A stretch of DNA of 64,000 bases from NCBI GenBank assembly GCA_963764725.1, contig CAVXTM010000001.1, positions 128,001 through 192,000 on the forward strand. Reading direction: 5' to 3'. The DNA comes from an uncultured Gammaproteobacteria bacterium (GTDB lineage: Bacteria > Pseudomonadota > Gammaproteobacteria > JACCXJ01). A program made the translations under genes and the position numbers. A model generated the notes under the pieces. That model saw only the letters and a program-made list of their open reading frames with translations. It did no database searches and was not told the origin of the DNA. Below are positions 9,034 through 19,258 of the stretch, one piece after another (within the stretch, counting starts at the first letter, position 1; the number at the start of each line of letters is the position of its first letter).

Positions 9034-9947
9034 AGGACGTCCCTCGATCCTGCCGGCGTTAGCGGTTGCTCGATGCGGCGATCCATGCCCGCCGGTTCCA
9101 GCGCCAGGGAAAACGCCGCGTACAGGGCCGCGTGGTCGGACAGGCGCCGCCAGGGCATGTCCTTCAAGCAGCGGCAAGTGATCGGGGTCGCGCCGCGATA
9201 AAAGATGCGGTCCACGGTCAATACCGGATACCAGACAGGAAAGGTTTTCGCCGGCCGGTCGTTAAGAGTCACGAATACATCCATGAGCCCAAGATGAGTC
9301 CGCATTTGGTATTCTGCATGCCGGCCCCAATCATTGAAGTCTCCGGCGATAATCAACGGCGCATGATGAGGGACGTGGGACCGGATGCGTCTCGTGAGCA
9401 CCGAAAGCTGGTGCCGGCGTTCCGCGGCGCTGAGCCCGAAATGTATGCAGATCACGTGAAGCGGCTGACCGACTTGGGGCAGCGCGATCTCGGCATGCAG
9501 CACACTGCGGCTCGCGATGGGACTTCCCGATACGTTGATGTTTTCCCAGAACCGGATGGGATACTTGCTGAGGATGGCGTTTCCGTGATGCCCGGCATCA
9601 TAGATCGCGTTTTTCCCGTAGGCGCGGTGCGGCCATCTCCGGTCGGCCAAGAAGTCCGATTGCGGCGCGTTCGGCCAACCGTCGATCAACCATTGCCGGT
9701 ACGCGTGGGCCCCTTGGATCTCTTGCAAAAAGATCAAGTCGACATCGGTTCGTTCCAATGCGTCGCGCATCTGATGCAGGACGAAACGCGCGTTGCCGGT
9801 GCTAAACCCTTTGTGAATATTGTAGGTCATCACCTGCAAGGTGAACGCCGGGGCCGCCCCGGCATCGCGGGGCAACGCCGGCTCGGGACCGGAAGTGAGA
9901 CCCGGGCTCGGTTCCCTCCGGAATTCTTTCGCCACCAGATTCATCAA
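9030..9947 (-). CDS. Endonuclease/exonuclease/phosphatase family protein (YbhP-like)
   Basis: TYNIHKG, FLQEI, HHGNAILSKYP, IIAGDFNDW, DRIF, LSDH. Confidence 0.9.
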   Translation of the reverse strand: MMNLVAKEFRREPSPGLTSGPEPALPRDAGAAPAFTLQVMTYNIHKGFSTGNARFVLHQMRDALERTDVDLIFLQEIQGAHAYRQWLIDGWPNAPQSDFLADRRWPHRAYGKNAIYDAGHHGNAILSKYPIRFWENINVSGSPIASRSVLHAEIALPQVGQPLHVICIHFGLSAAERRHQLSVLTRRIRSHVPHHAPLIIAGDFNDWGRHAEYQMRTHLGLMDVFVTLNDRPAKTFPVWYPVLTVDRIFYRGATPITCRCLKDMPWRRLSDHAALYAAFSLALEPAGMDRRIEQPLTPAGSRDVL

Positions 9948-10122
9948 CGGCCGCCCTGTTTCGAAACGAGTTAGATGTTCACAGTGTCGCTAGCTGATGC
10001 TGCGCTGAATCTCGGGGATCCAAGCGTTCAAAAGCAGTATGCGTAACAACAGATCCAAGCGCAAGATCGTGCGCTAACGGTGACGCCGACCAGCTTACGC
10101 AACTGCGTAGACACGGTTTGCC

Positions 10123-11169
10123 TTAGGCTGTGTGATTGGGCAGCACCTCAATCTGGCGTATGACGGCGCGCGTAAACTCGCCGCTTGAGGCCTGTCCGCC
10201 CAGATCGCGGGTCCTGATGCCCTCCGTCTGGAGCACGGCATGGATGGCCTGTCGTAAGCGGCTAGCGGGAGCCATTAGGTCCAGGTGATCCAACATCATC
10301 GCCGCGGCCAGCATGATCGCCGTCGGGTTGGCGATCCCGCGGCCCGCGATGTCCGGGGCTGAACCGTGCACCGCTTCAAAGACGGCAGTATCGGCACCGA
10401 TATTGGCCCCGGGTGCGACGCCCAAACCGCCGACGAGTCCCGCGATCTCATCGGATAATATGTCGCCAAACATATTGGTCGTAAGTAACATGTCAAACTG
10501 GTTCGGATTGATCACGAGCTGCATGGCGGTGTTATCGACGATGCGTTCGTCGATTCGCAATTTGCCTTCGTATTGACGTCCGATGTCGAGCGCCGTCTCG
10601 AGGAACAGCCCGGTCAGCGCCTTCAATATGTTGGCCTTATGCACGATGGTGATCCTTTTCCGCCCGTGGCGCAGCGCGTATTCGAACGCGAAATGAGCGA
10701 TCCGCCGGCACCCCGAACGCGTGATGATCCCCGAGGCCTCGGCGACCGCCTTCGGATCGTCATCGATGGGGATAAAATGCTCAACGCCGACGTAGAGGCC
10801 TTCGGTGTTTTCGCGGATGAGAATCAGGTCTACATCCTCGAATCTTCCACCGCGAAATAAAGAGCGGGCCGGCCGCACGTTCGCAAAAAGCTTAAATTGG
10901 TTGCGCAGGCTGACGTTTACCGACCGGTAACCGCCGCCTACGGGTGTCGTCAGCGGCCCCTTGAGCGCCAATTTCGTGCGCCGGATGCTATCGATCGTCG
11001 CGGCCGGCAAGGGATCGTCGCCCTCCCTCATGGCCTCCATGCCGGCTTGTTGCACGTCCCAATCAAAAGCGACGCCCAGTGCGTCCAAGACCGTGAGCGT
11101 GCAATCGATGATCTCGGGCCCGATTCCATCGCCGCGGATCAGCGTGACTGCAATGTTCTCAGTCGTCAT
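10123..11169 (-). CDS. Isocitrate/isopropylmalate dehydrogenase family (NAD-IDH-like)
   Basis: GDGIGPEI, LKGPLTTP, RENTEGLY, VHKANILK, NMFGDILSD, FEAVHGSAPDIAG. Confidence 0.9.
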   Translation of the reverse strand: MTTENIAVTLIRGDGIGPEIIDCTLTVLDALGVAFDWDVQQAGMEAMREGDDPLPAATIDSIRRTKLALKGPLTTPVGGGYRSVNVSLRNQFKLFANVRPARSLFRGGRFEDVDLILIRENTEGLYVGVEHFIPIDDDPKAVAEASGIITRSGCRRIAHFAFEYALRHGRKRITIVHKANILKALTGLFLETALDIGRQYEGKLRIDERIVDNTAMQLVINPNQFDMLLTTNMFGDILSDEIAGLVGGLGVAPGANIGADTAVFEAVHGSAPDIAGRGIANPTAIMLAAAMMLDHLDLMAPASRLRQAIHAVLQTEGIRTRDLGGQASSGEFTRAVIRQIEVLPNHTA

Positions 11170-11351
11170 AGCCCCCCCTTTGTTTCCAGTTATCTTACGC
11201 TAATCCGCCGTTATAAGCGCCGGTTACAGCGATCCGCGCTAGCTTCCATCCACGCGGCTCGTGGTGAAAACGCCAAGATTTTGACATTCGCGAACAGCAG
11301 TGGTTTACTAAAATCTGCTCGCCCGGCCGCTTAAGCGATGAATAACGCATC

Positions 11352-12773
11352 ATGAACAGCAGCGTTCTAATTATTGAGGATGATCCCGGCCTGCGGCTAA
11401 AGCTCGCAACCGTGATGGAATTCCTGGAGTATCGGCAAATTATCGCCTGCGGCCACGGCGAGTGGGAGCCCCGGCTTCGGGAGGCGGAAACCGTTGAGCT
11501 CGTTTTGTTAGGGAGTTGTGGCTCGGCGCGAACGTTGATCGATGTGTTCCGTGCGCTTAAGACCTGCGATCCTTATCGCCCGGTCTTACTCGTCGCGGAA
11601 GCGGGCGGATTGCCGAAAAACAACCAGGAGATCGAGGCCGGGATCCTCGGCGAGATAGAATTGCCGGTCCGTTATAAGCAATTCACGGGCGTCTTGCAGA
11701 GGGTCGATCTTTATCGACAAAACCGGCATGAGGACGGCACGCCCAGGCCCTTGGAGCTTTTTCGTAGCCTGGTCGGCACCAGTACCGGTATCAAGCGCAT
11801 ACGCAAAATGATCGGGATGGTGGCCGCCACCGATGCGAATGTGTTGATCACCGGCGAATCGGGCACGGGAAAGGAAGTCGTGGCAAGACACCTTCACTAC
11901 AATTCAAAACGGCGGAGTAAGCCGTTCGTGCCGGTAAATTGCGGCGCCATTCCCGCCGATCTCTTGGAGAGCGAGTTGTTCGGGCACGAAAAGGGAGCGT
12001 TTACTGGAGCGATCACCTCGCGGCAAGGCCGCTTCGAGATGGCCGAAGGCGGAACGCTGTTTTTGGATGAGATCGGCGACATGAGCTTGGCGATGCAAGT
12101 GAAACTGTTGCGCGTGCTACAGGACCGCACCTTCGAGCGCGTCGGCAGTAACAAAAGCATCACCGCGGACGTACGAATCGTCGCCGCGACCCATGTCAAT
12201 TTGGAAGAGGCCATCGCCAAGGGCACGTTCCGAGAGGATCTCTTTTACCGCTTGAATGTTTTCCCGATTGAGATGCCGCCGCTGCGGGAACGTATCGAGG
12301 ATATGCCATTGCTCGTGAACGACCTCGTCGCTCGCCTGGAGCACGAAGGCCGGGGCAGATTACGATTAACCGACCTGTGCCTCGAATCACTGACCGCCTA
12401 TCACTGGGCCGGCAACATCAGGGAGCTAGCGAACCTGATGGAACGGCTGGCGATCCTCTACCCCGACGGGGTAGTGGACTTACATGATCTCCCGGAGAAA
12501 TATCAGGCGGTGGAGTTAGCGGAGCGAGCGCCGATTCTCGTGGGCGAGCCGCACGCCGAATCGGTTTCGTCCTTGCCGCGGTTGCCGCGCGGGGGGATCG
12601 ATCTCAAGGAACATTTGAATAATCTCGAGTGCACGATGATCAAACAAGCCCTCGACGAGGCCCACTGGGTGGTTGCGCACGCGGCTAAGCGATTGAAAAT
12701 GGGGCGTACGACCTTGGTGGAGAAGATGAAAAAATTTGGGATGCACCGCGCCGAGGAAACGGTGAACGGCTAG
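11352..12773 (+). CDS. fleQ: Sigma-54 enhancer-binding protein, FleQ/FlrA-like
   Basis: GESGTGKE, GAFTGA, LFLDEIGD, DLFYRLNVFPI; C-terminal VVAHAAKRLKMGRTTLVEKMKK HTH typical of FleQ; degenerate REC-like N-terminus. Confidence 0.75.
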   Translation: MNSSVLIIEDDPGLRLKLATVMEFLEYRQIIACGHGEWEPRLREAETVELVLLGSCGSARTLIDVFRALKTCDPYRPVLLVAEAGGLPKNNQEIEAGILGEIELPVRYKQFTGVLQRVDLYRQNRHEDGTPRPLELFRSLVGTSTGIKRIRKMIGMVAATDANVLITGESGTGKEVVARHLHYNSKRRSKPFVPVNCGAIPADLLESELFGHEKGAFTGAITSRQGRFEMAEGGTLFLDEIGDMSLAMQVKLLRVLQDRTFERVGSNKSITADVRIVAATHVNLEEAIAKGTFREDLFYRLNVFPIEMPPLRERIEDMPLLVNDLVARLEHEGRGRLRLTDLCLESLTAYHWAGNIRELANLMERLAILYPDGVVDLHDLPEKYQAVELAERAPILVGEPHAESVSSLPRLPRGGIDLKEHLNNLECTMIKQALDEAHWVVAHAAKRLKMGRTTLVEKMKKFGMHRAEETVNG

Positions 12774-12834
12774 TATGCCTGGGCGGGCGACCGCATACTC
12801 TTCCAAACCCGCGCAAGTCAAAGCCGATGGGGTG

Positions 12835-13539
12835 ATGAAACCGGTACTGATCTTTCGGCATGTAAACTGCGAAGGGCCTGGTTATTTGGCGGAGTTCTTG
12901 GCCTTGCGCGGTATCTCGTTCGATCTCATACGGATTGATGAAGGCGAGGAACCGGCGCGTGATATCGACAGGTGTTCGGCGCTCGTGTTTATGGGCGGTC
13001 CGATGTCCGTCAATGATCCCTTACCGTGGCTGGAACAAGAGCTGGCGCTGATTCGGGCGGCCCACACTCGCGGTTTGCCGATATTAGGCCATTGCCTCGG
13101 TGGCCAGTTGATCAGCAAGGCATTGGGTGGCGCGATCACTCCCAGTCGCATTCCGGAAATCGGCTGGCGCCCGGTCGAGCGCGCGGGTGGCAAGGAAGCG
13201 GAGGGATGGCTTGATGGTTTGCCACCTCGGTTCGAGGTCTTACATTGGCACACCGAGACCTTCAGTATTCCCCCCGGCGCCGCTCGGCTGCTTATGAGCG
13301 ATCTTTGCGAGAATCAGGCGTTTGCGATCGGCAATACGCTCGGCATGCAATGTCATATTGAAGTCACGGCGAAGATGGTGACCCAGTGGGTGAATGTGTA
13401 CCAGGAGCAGCTGGCTGCGCTCTCTACGAGCGTGCAGGCCCCCGATGAGATCACCCGTCGGCTTTCCCAACGCGTGAAGGCGCTGCGGCGCATCGCCGAG
13501 CGGTTTTATTGCCGATGGCTGGAAGGATTCAGCGATTAA
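12835..13539 (+). CDS. Class I glutamine amidotransferase-like protein
   Basis: H...EGPG, GGPMSVND, GHCLGGQL (Cys nucleophile), QCHIE. Confidence 0.9.
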   Translation: MKPVLIFRHVNCEGPGYLAEFLALRGISFDLIRIDEGEEPARDIDRCSALVFMGGPMSVNDPLPWLEQELALIRAAHTRGLPILGHCLGGQLISKALGGAITPSRIPEIGWRPVERAGGKEAEGWLDGLPPRFEVLHWHTETFSIPPGAARLLMSDLCENQAFAIGNTLGMQCHIEVTAKMVTQWVNVYQEQLAALSTSVQAPDEITRRLSQRVKALRRIAERFYCRWLEGFSD

Positions 13540-13630
13540 TCGCGCCGGCGTCGAGAAGTACGCCGCGCGCTGTTCAAGCGGGATGAGATAGAAAGGCGCA
13601 GCACCGCCCGAGCTGCTTCTAACGCGCTAA

Positions 13631-13757
13631 GGAAGCTCTGCACAAGTGTCGCGAGCAAGCCCAGATGCGCAAAGCCGCGGAGCGAGTCGCCAGACATATC
13701 AGGTAGAAAGGCGAGCGACGCGCGAGCGCGACAAAGCGGATGGGCTGCACAGTAATC
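13631..13757 (+). mobile_element. MITE copy A (right inverted repeat internally deleted)
   Basis: Starts CTAA|GGAAGCTCTGCACAAGT; near-identical to copy B; ends at CTAA containing the dksA stop. Confidence 0.85.
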
Positions 13758-14237
13758 CTAAATAACCTGCTTTTCTCTGATCTCGTCCAAGGTCTTGCAG
13801 TCAATACAAAGTGTCGCCGTGGGCCGGGCCTCGAGGCGCCGGATCCCGATCTCAACTCCGCAGTATTCACAGTATCCGTAGTCGCCCGTGTCGAGACTCG
13901 CGAGCGATTCTCCGATCTTCTTAATTAATTTGCGCTCCCGATCGCGGGTGCGCAACTCCAGTGCAAATTCCTCTTCTTGGGTTGCTCGATCATTCGGATC
14001 CGCGAAACTCCCGGCGTCGTCCTGTAAGTGCTGAACCGTGCGATCGATCTCCTCGATCAGATCGCGGCGCCAGCCGAGGAGGATCTTCCGGTAATGCTCG
14101 ATCTGCGCCGGATTCATGTATTCCTCGCCCCGCTTCTCCTTGTACGGAACGAAACCGTCGTACCACGACGCGGTCGCGGCCCCGACACGCGCCACTTTCG
14201 CCTTGCTAGCTTTCGCGACCTTCTTCTTGGCGGGCAC
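13758..14237 (-). CDS. dksA: RNA polymerase-binding transcription factor DksA
   Basis: EEYMN..Q..H, FADPNDRATQEEEFALELRTRDRERKL, Zn finger CEYC...CIDC; GTG start after GAGG. Confidence 0.97.
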   Translation of the reverse strand: MPAKKKVAKASKAKVARVGAATASWYDGFVPYKEKRGEEYMNPAQIEHYRKILLGWRRDLIEEIDRTVQHLQDDAGSFADPNDRATQEEEFALELRTRDRERKLIKKIGESLASLDTGDYGYCEYCGVEIGIRRLEARPTATLCIDCKTLDEIREKQVI

Positions 14238-14318
14238 TGCCCTTACCTCATGTTTAGAAAAAATTAGCGCGCAGTTGTACCAAAAACCCGGGAGGGACGC
14301 AACGCTTTTAATCACTAA

Positions 14319-14459
14319 GGAAGCTCTGCAAAAGTGTCGCGAGCAAGCCCAGATGCGCAAAGCCGCAGAGCGCGTCGCGAGACATATCAGGTAGATAGGA
14401 GCGACGCGCGAGCACGCGACAAAGCAGATGGGCTGCGTAGTAACTTTTGCAGAGCTTCC
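14319..14459 (+). mobile_element. MITE copy B, complete (141 bp, IS5-like ends)
   Basis: Perfect 17-bp terminal IRs GGAAGCTCTGCAAAAGT / ACTTTTGCAGAGCTTCC; CTAA direct repeat on both sides; no transposase. Confidence 0.9.
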
Positions 14460-14858
14460 CTAAATGGCTCGCGTCAAACCGAGTTGCTCGGCGGACTTCC
14501 AGCCGGGCGCCTGATAATGCGCGATGACGCTCGTGTATAAGCCCCCACGCACATTGAAGCGTGACGTCAGTCTCGCAAATCGCGGCTGGCACGCTGACAC
14601 GATCTCATTCAAGATCATGTTCGTGACGTCCTCGTGAAAAGCGCCTTGATCGCGGAACGACCAGATGTAGAGCTTGAGCGACTTCAGTTCGACGCACTCT
14701 CGATCGGGGACATAGAGCAGCTCTAAGGTGGCGAAATCGGGCTGCCCGGTCTTGGGACATAGACAGGTGAATTCAGGAATTTCTATCCTGATCACGTAGT
14801 CGCGGGTAGGGCTCGGGTTCGGAAAGATTTCCAGAGATGCCCTCGGTTTCGTTGGCAT
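14460..14858 (-). CDS. queF: preQ0 reductase QueF (short type)
   Basis: [30 protein letters not shown]. Confidence 0.95.
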   Translation of the reverse strand: MPTKPRASLEIFPNPSPTRDYVIRIEIPEFTCLCPKTGQPDFATLELLYVPDRECVELKSLKLYIWSFRDQGAFHEDVTNMILNEIVSACQPRFARLTSRFNVRGGLYTSVIAHYQAPGWKSAEQLGLTRAI

Positions 14859-15020
14859 GGCGGCGGTCCGTCAAGATTGTTTGAAAGCGCGACGATACTT
14901 GACTTGTTCATACTTGTTCATGGCCGCATAGCGCGGATTAGTTCGCAAGTATATACCTATCCGATCTTCCTGGGGCCGACGCCTTTACCTTCATGCGAGT
15001 TCCTGCTACAAACTGAGGCG

Positions 15021-16028
15021 GTGTTTCTTGAACAACGGATGCAAAACGCCTGGTACGGACAGGAGCGCTGGTGCGCCTTGTTGTTGCCGTTGAGCTGGGC
15101 CTATCGCGGCGCGGCCTCGGCGAGACGGTTGTTTTATTCGATTCCACTGGTGCATCCGTACACCTGTGCGGCGCCTGTCATTATCGTCGGGAACATCACG
15201 GTCGGCGGCACGGGCAAAACGCCGCTCGTTATCTGGCTTGCGCACTGTCTCAGGCGCCAGGGCTACCGCCCCGGTATCGTGACCCGCGGGTACGGGGGAC
15301 AGTCGACAAGTTGGCCGCGGCGGGTAGCACCCGATAGCGATCCACACAAGGTCGGCGATGAATCAGTGCTCGTCGCAAGGCGTTGCAACGGCCCCGTGGT
15401 GGCCGCCGGCCGCTGGCGCGCACAAGCCGTTGAACAGTTGGTAAACGACGATAAATGTGATGTGATCGTGTGTGACGATGGGTTACAGGATTATGCGCTC
15501 GCAAGGGACGTTGAAATCGCGGTCGTTGACGGGGTTCGCCGTTTCGGCAATGGCCTCCTGTTACCCGCCGGACCTTTGCGCGAGCCGATCGATCGATTAA
15601 TGCGCGTCGACCTGATTGTCACCCGTGGTGAAGCCCTCGATAACGAATATGCGATGAGCTACCGAGCCTCGGTAGCCAACACCGTGGCTGACGATACGGC
15701 GGTGCGCACCTTGGATGAATTGCGCGGGCGGCGCGTCCATGCCGTTGCGGGGATCGGACACCCGGCGTGTTTCTTTTCGCTATTGAGAGGCTTCGGTATC
15801 GAGACGATCGAGCACCCGTTTCCGGATCATTACGGCTTTTCTCGCCGCGATCTCTCATTCACCGATGGGCTTCCTGTCATCATGACCGAGAAAGATGCGG
15901 TAAAATGCCGGCACTTCGCACCAGCCGATGTTTGGTATATTCCCATACAAGCCGAGCTGCCATCGGCCTTCGAAAAAAAATTTATTACACTATTGACAAG
16001 TAAGATCAATGGACAAGCGTCTTCTTGA
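15021..16028 (+). CDS. lpxK: Tetraacyldisaccharide 4'-kinase
   Basis: [45 protein letters not shown]. Confidence 0.95.
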   Translation: MFLEQRMQNAWYGQERWCALLLPLSWAYRGAASARRLFYSIPLVHPYTCAAPVIIVGNITVGGTGKTPLVIWLAHCLRRQGYRPGIVTRGYGGQSTSWPRRVAPDSDPHKVGDESVLVARRCNGPVVAAGRWRAQAVEQLVNDDKCDVIVCDDGLQDYALARDVEIAVVDGVRRFGNGLLLPAGPLREPIDRLMRVDLIVTRGEALDNEYAMSYRASVANTVADDTAVRTLDELRGRRVHAVAGIGHPACFFSLLRGFGIETIEHPFPDHYGFSRRDLSFTDGLPVIMTEKDAVKCRHFAPADVWYIPIQAELPSAFEKKFITLLTSKINGQASS

Positions 16029-16188
16029 TATTTTGGTGTGTCCTTCATGCAAAGGCCCGCTGCTGTACAAGCGAGCAGAAGCCGAGCTTATCTGCCGCGC
16101 CTGCCGTTTAGCTTATCCGATTCAAGATGATATTCCGGTGATGCTGGAGGACGAGGCACGCTGTATGCCACCGGACGAGAAACTCTAG
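16009..16188 (+). CDS. ycaR: Trm112-family protein (not in the ORF track)
   Basis: Manual translation [20 protein letters not shown]...[25 protein letters not shown]; canonical position between lpxK and kdsB. Confidence 0.92.
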   Translation: MDKRLLDILVCPSCKGPLLYKRAEAELICRACRLAYPIQDDIPVMLEDEARCMPPDEKL

Positions 16189-16962
16189 TTGGATTTTCGC
16201 GTCTACATTCCTGCGCGCTACCAGTCTACTCGCCTGCCGGGCAAACCTCTGGCGGACATCGCAGGCAAGCCCCTCATCCAGCACGTTCATGAGCGCGCGC
16301 TACAAAGCGGCGCCTCGGCGGTGATCATTGCCACCGACGATGAACGCATTCGTGCGTGCGCGCTCGGTTTCGGTGCAACGGTTTGCATGACCTCTGTGCA
16401 TCATCGTTCCGGGACGGAACGGCTGGCGGAAGCGGCGGTGGCTTTGAACGAAGACGAAGATGCCATTATCGTTAATTTACAGGGTGACGAACCGCGCGTA
16501 GCGCCCGCGTTGCTGGCCCAGGTCGCGGGCCTCCTCGATGACCGGCCATGCGCTGAATTGGCGACCCTATGCGCGCCTCTCGGCAGCGCGATTGCGTTGC
16601 GTGATCCTAATATCGTCAAAGCCGTGGTGGACCACGAAGGCTACGCGCTATATTTTAGCCGCGCGCCGATCCCTTGGGATCGCGAGCAGTTCGGCGCCGA
16701 ATCGGCGGCGAGTAAGATGTCCTTGGCGGATCGCGCTTATTTGCGGCACCTGGGGTTGTACGCCTATCGCGTTAAAACCCTTAAGCGCTTAGCGCGGCTA
16801 GAACCCTGCGTTTTAGAACACCTCGAAGCACTTGAGCAGTTGCGCGCCTTATACTATGGCTATCGCGTCGCCGTAGCCGTCGTGCAGCGCGAGATAGAAC
16901 GTGGCGTCGACACTCCTTCGGACCTGGAATACATACGGCGGGTATTCGAACGGGATCACTAA
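16189..16962 (+). CDS. kdsB: CMP-Kdo synthetase
   Basis: IPARYQSTRLPGKPL, SGTER, VNLQGDEP, LYFSRAPIP, LEQLRAL, GVDT. Confidence 0.96.
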   Translation: MDFRVYIPARYQSTRLPGKPLADIAGKPLIQHVHERALQSGASAVIIATDDERIRACALGFGATVCMTSVHHRSGTERLAEAAVALNEDEDAIIVNLQGDEPRVAPALLAQVAGLLDDRPCAELATLCAPLGSAIALRDPNIVKAVVDHEGYALYFSRAPIPWDREQFGAESAASKMSLADRAYLRHLGLYAYRVKTLKRLARLEPCVLEHLEALEQLRALYYGYRVAVAVVQREIERGVDTPSDLEYIRRVFERDH

Positions 16963-17184
16963 GCTCGCGGTGCGGTGTGACGCTCTGAGTGTTTGCAGTT
17001 GAGCGTATATGTTGTAAGCTTTTCAGCGAGGCGCACCGAAGCGACGGCGGGCGCGCTTCTAAGGGTGTTAGGTGTGTTTAACGAACCGATTTCGTTAAGC
17101 CGTGGATAGGCTCACCGATTCCAGGTGCCAACGGGATCTTAACCGTTCGTTAAGGTTTTTTTTGATGTGTGAGGTTGATTGAGT

Positions 17185-17397
17185 ATGTCCGATCGTGAAC
17201 ACGGTACGGTTAAGTGGTTTAATAACTCTAAGGGTTACGGTTTTATACAGCGCGATAAGGGGGACGACGTCTTCGTGCATTTTCGTGCGATCCGGGGAGA
17301 CGGCTATCGCTCTTTACAGGATGGCCAACGTGTGGAGTTTTCCGTCAAGGAAGGTCAAAAGGGTCTGCACGCGGAAGATGTCGCCGTGATGGCCTGA
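17185..17397 (+). CDS. Cold-shock domain protein
   Basis: [24 protein letters not shown] motifs; ~220-bp upstream region. Confidence 0.95.
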   Translation: MSDREHGTVKWFNNSKGYGFIQRDKGDDVFVHFRAIRGDGYRSLQDGQRVEFSVKEGQKGLHAEDVAVMA

Positions 17398-17453
17398 GAG
17401 GTTGAGCGCTGAGCGGACAGGTGCGTCGATCCGCAGCCCCGTTTGGCCTCCAG

Positions 17454-17672
17454 TTATCGGGCGCGATAAATAATGCGCCCTTTGGATAAGTCGTAGGGTG
17501 TCAGTTCGACGGTCACGGTGTCGCCGGTGAGGATACGAATGTAATTTTTTCGCATCTTGCCGGATATGTGAGCGGTCACGACATGCCCGTTGGCGAGTTG
17601 CACGCGAAATATGGTATTGGGTAGGGTTTCAACGACCTTGCCTTCCATTTCAATGTGTTCTTCTTTTGCCAT
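17454..17672 (-). CDS. infA: Translation initiation factor IF-1
   Basis: [45 protein letters not shown]. Confidence 0.98.
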   Translation of the reverse strand: MAKEEHIEMEGKVVETLPNTIFRVQLANGHVVTAHISGKMRKNYIRILTGDTVTVELTPYDLSKGRIIYRAR

Positions 17673-17750
17673 GATCTCCGGTTGTAAGTCCGCGCGGTGA
17701 GAAAACGGCGCATTGTGACGCAATTGGGGGCATAGCGCAAAACGCCGAGC

Positions 17751-18491
17751 TTAAGGATAGCGCTTTGCTCTGGCGCTGGGAGACCAGCTTCCGTCGCAAT
17801 AGTACTCTAGGGGTTGAAACTCTGCCTTATAGCGCATTTTTCCGCAGGCATCGATCCAATATCCGAGGTAAAGCCAGCGTAAGCCCTCCTCCTTGGCCTG
17901 CGCGATCTCATAAAGTACGGCGTAACGTCCGAGGCTCGATCGTTCCTTATCGGGGTCGAAAAAGGTGTAGACGGCGGATAACGCATCATCGATACGATCC
18001 ACGGCCGCCATCGCAACTAGGTCGATACCGCGCCGAAATTCGTAAAATACCGTGTTCGCCCACGGTGCGGCCAGAAAGTTGATGAACTGCTCGGGCGTGA
18101 GGTCTTCCATGGCGCCGCCGGGATGCCGCGCAGATACATAGCGGCGGTAGAGAAAATAATGGTCCATTGTAAAGGCGGGTGCGACCGGACGGACTTCCAA
18201 ATATTGGTTATGCAACCAGGTCCGCCTTTGGTTACGGTTTGGGCGGAATGAGTCGATCGCTACCCGTACCGGAACACAAGCGCGGCAAGCCGGGCATTGC
18301 GGCCGATACAGATACTCTCCGCTGCGCCGGAATCCATTGGCAAGCAAGGCCGAATAGAGGCCATTGTTCATGGGGACAACCGGATCGGCAAACAGCGTGA
18401 CCGCCCGTTGCTCCGGCAAATAGCTGCACGGATGCGGCGGCGTTATATAGAACGTCGTACGGGAGGCCGGTCTTGCGGATTGCTCTGCCAT
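17751..18491 (-). CDS. ate: ATE-like aminoacyl-tRNA-protein transferase (Bpt)
   Basis: HPCSYL, GFRRSG..YRP.C..C..C, LSAVYTFFDP, YLGYWI..C.KM.YK. Confidence 0.92.
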   Translation of the reverse strand: MAEQSARPASRTTFYITPPHPCSYLPEQRAVTLFADPVVPMNNGLYSALLANGFRRSGEYLYRPQCPACRACVPVRVAIDSFRPNRNQRRTWLHNQYLEVRPVAPAFTMDHYFLYRRYVSARHPGGAMEDLTPEQFINFLAAPWANTVFYEFRRGIDLVAMAAVDRIDDALSAVYTFFDPDKERSSLGRYAVLYEIAQAKEEGLRWLYLGYWIDACGKMRYKAEFQPLEYYCDGSWSPSARAKRYP

Positions 18492-19177
18492 GCTTTTTCG
18501 CTTATCAATGTCGGGCACCAACGATCGAGCATTGCGATGAATCGGCTACGGGGGATCCGAAGAGCCCCCAAACGCTCGATATGTTGGGAATGCACCTGAC
18601 AGTCAATTAGTTTGAAATCCCATGTGAGTAAATGCTGCGCGAGCCGCACCAAACAGATCTTAGACGCATCGGGCCTGCGGCTGAACATCGATTCAGCAAA
18701 AAAAACGCGGCCAATGCATATGCCGTAGAGCCCGCCGACCAGTCGATCATCATTCCACGCCTCGATGGAATGTGCATGACCCTCTCGGTGCAAGGCAGTA
18801 TACGCGTCGATCATCGCGGGCGTTAACCAAGTCCCTTGGCCATCCTTGCGGGGCTCCGCGCAGGCCTCGATGACCTGTGGAAAACTCCGGTCGATGGTAA
18901 TTTCGTACGCGCATCGCTTGAGGCTGCGCCGCAGGCTGCGCGAAATCACCAAACCCTCCGGGAATAATACGCTGCGCGGGTTCGGCGACCACCACAGGAT
19001 CGGCTGGGTGCTCTCGTACCAGGGAAAGATCCCATGGCGATAGGCTTCGAGCAAGCGGCGGGTGCCGAGGTCGCCGCCGATGGCGAGGAGGCCGTCGGGC
19101 GCTTCCAGAGCCTGTTCCGCAGCCGGAAACCCGCAAGTCATCCGTTGCTCGGCGATCCAATAAAGAAGCGTTTCCAC
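18443..19177 (-). CDS. aat: Leucyl/phenylalanyl-tRNA-protein transferase
   Basis: GLLAIGGDL, AY..GIFPWY, WWSPNPR, LVGGLYG, FFAESMFS..DASK, LIDCQ. Confidence 0.96.
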   Translation of the reverse strand: METLLYWIAEQRMTCGFPAAEQALEAPDGLLAIGGDLGTRRLLEAYRHGIFPWYESTQPILWWSPNPRSVLFPEGLVISRSLRRSLKRCAYEITIDRSFPQVIEACAEPRKDGQGTWLTPAMIDAYTALHREGHAHSIEAWNDDRLVGGLYGICIGRVFFAESMFSRRPDASKICLVRLAQHLLTWDFKLIDCQVHSQHIERLGALRIPRSRFIAMLDRWCPTLISEKAWQSNPQDRPPVRRSI

Positions 19178-19258
19178 GGAAGAGTTGGTGCGGCAGTGAG
19201 CGAAATTAAATTCGGGAAACGCCCGGCTTTGCCGCGCTGAGGTTGCTTTGGTGGTGGA

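Noticed and set aside
13619-14360. ORF 13619-13870 and the extended dksA N-terminus sharing MRIWACSRH
   Set aside because: The shared peptide is translated MITE sequence, not a protein family
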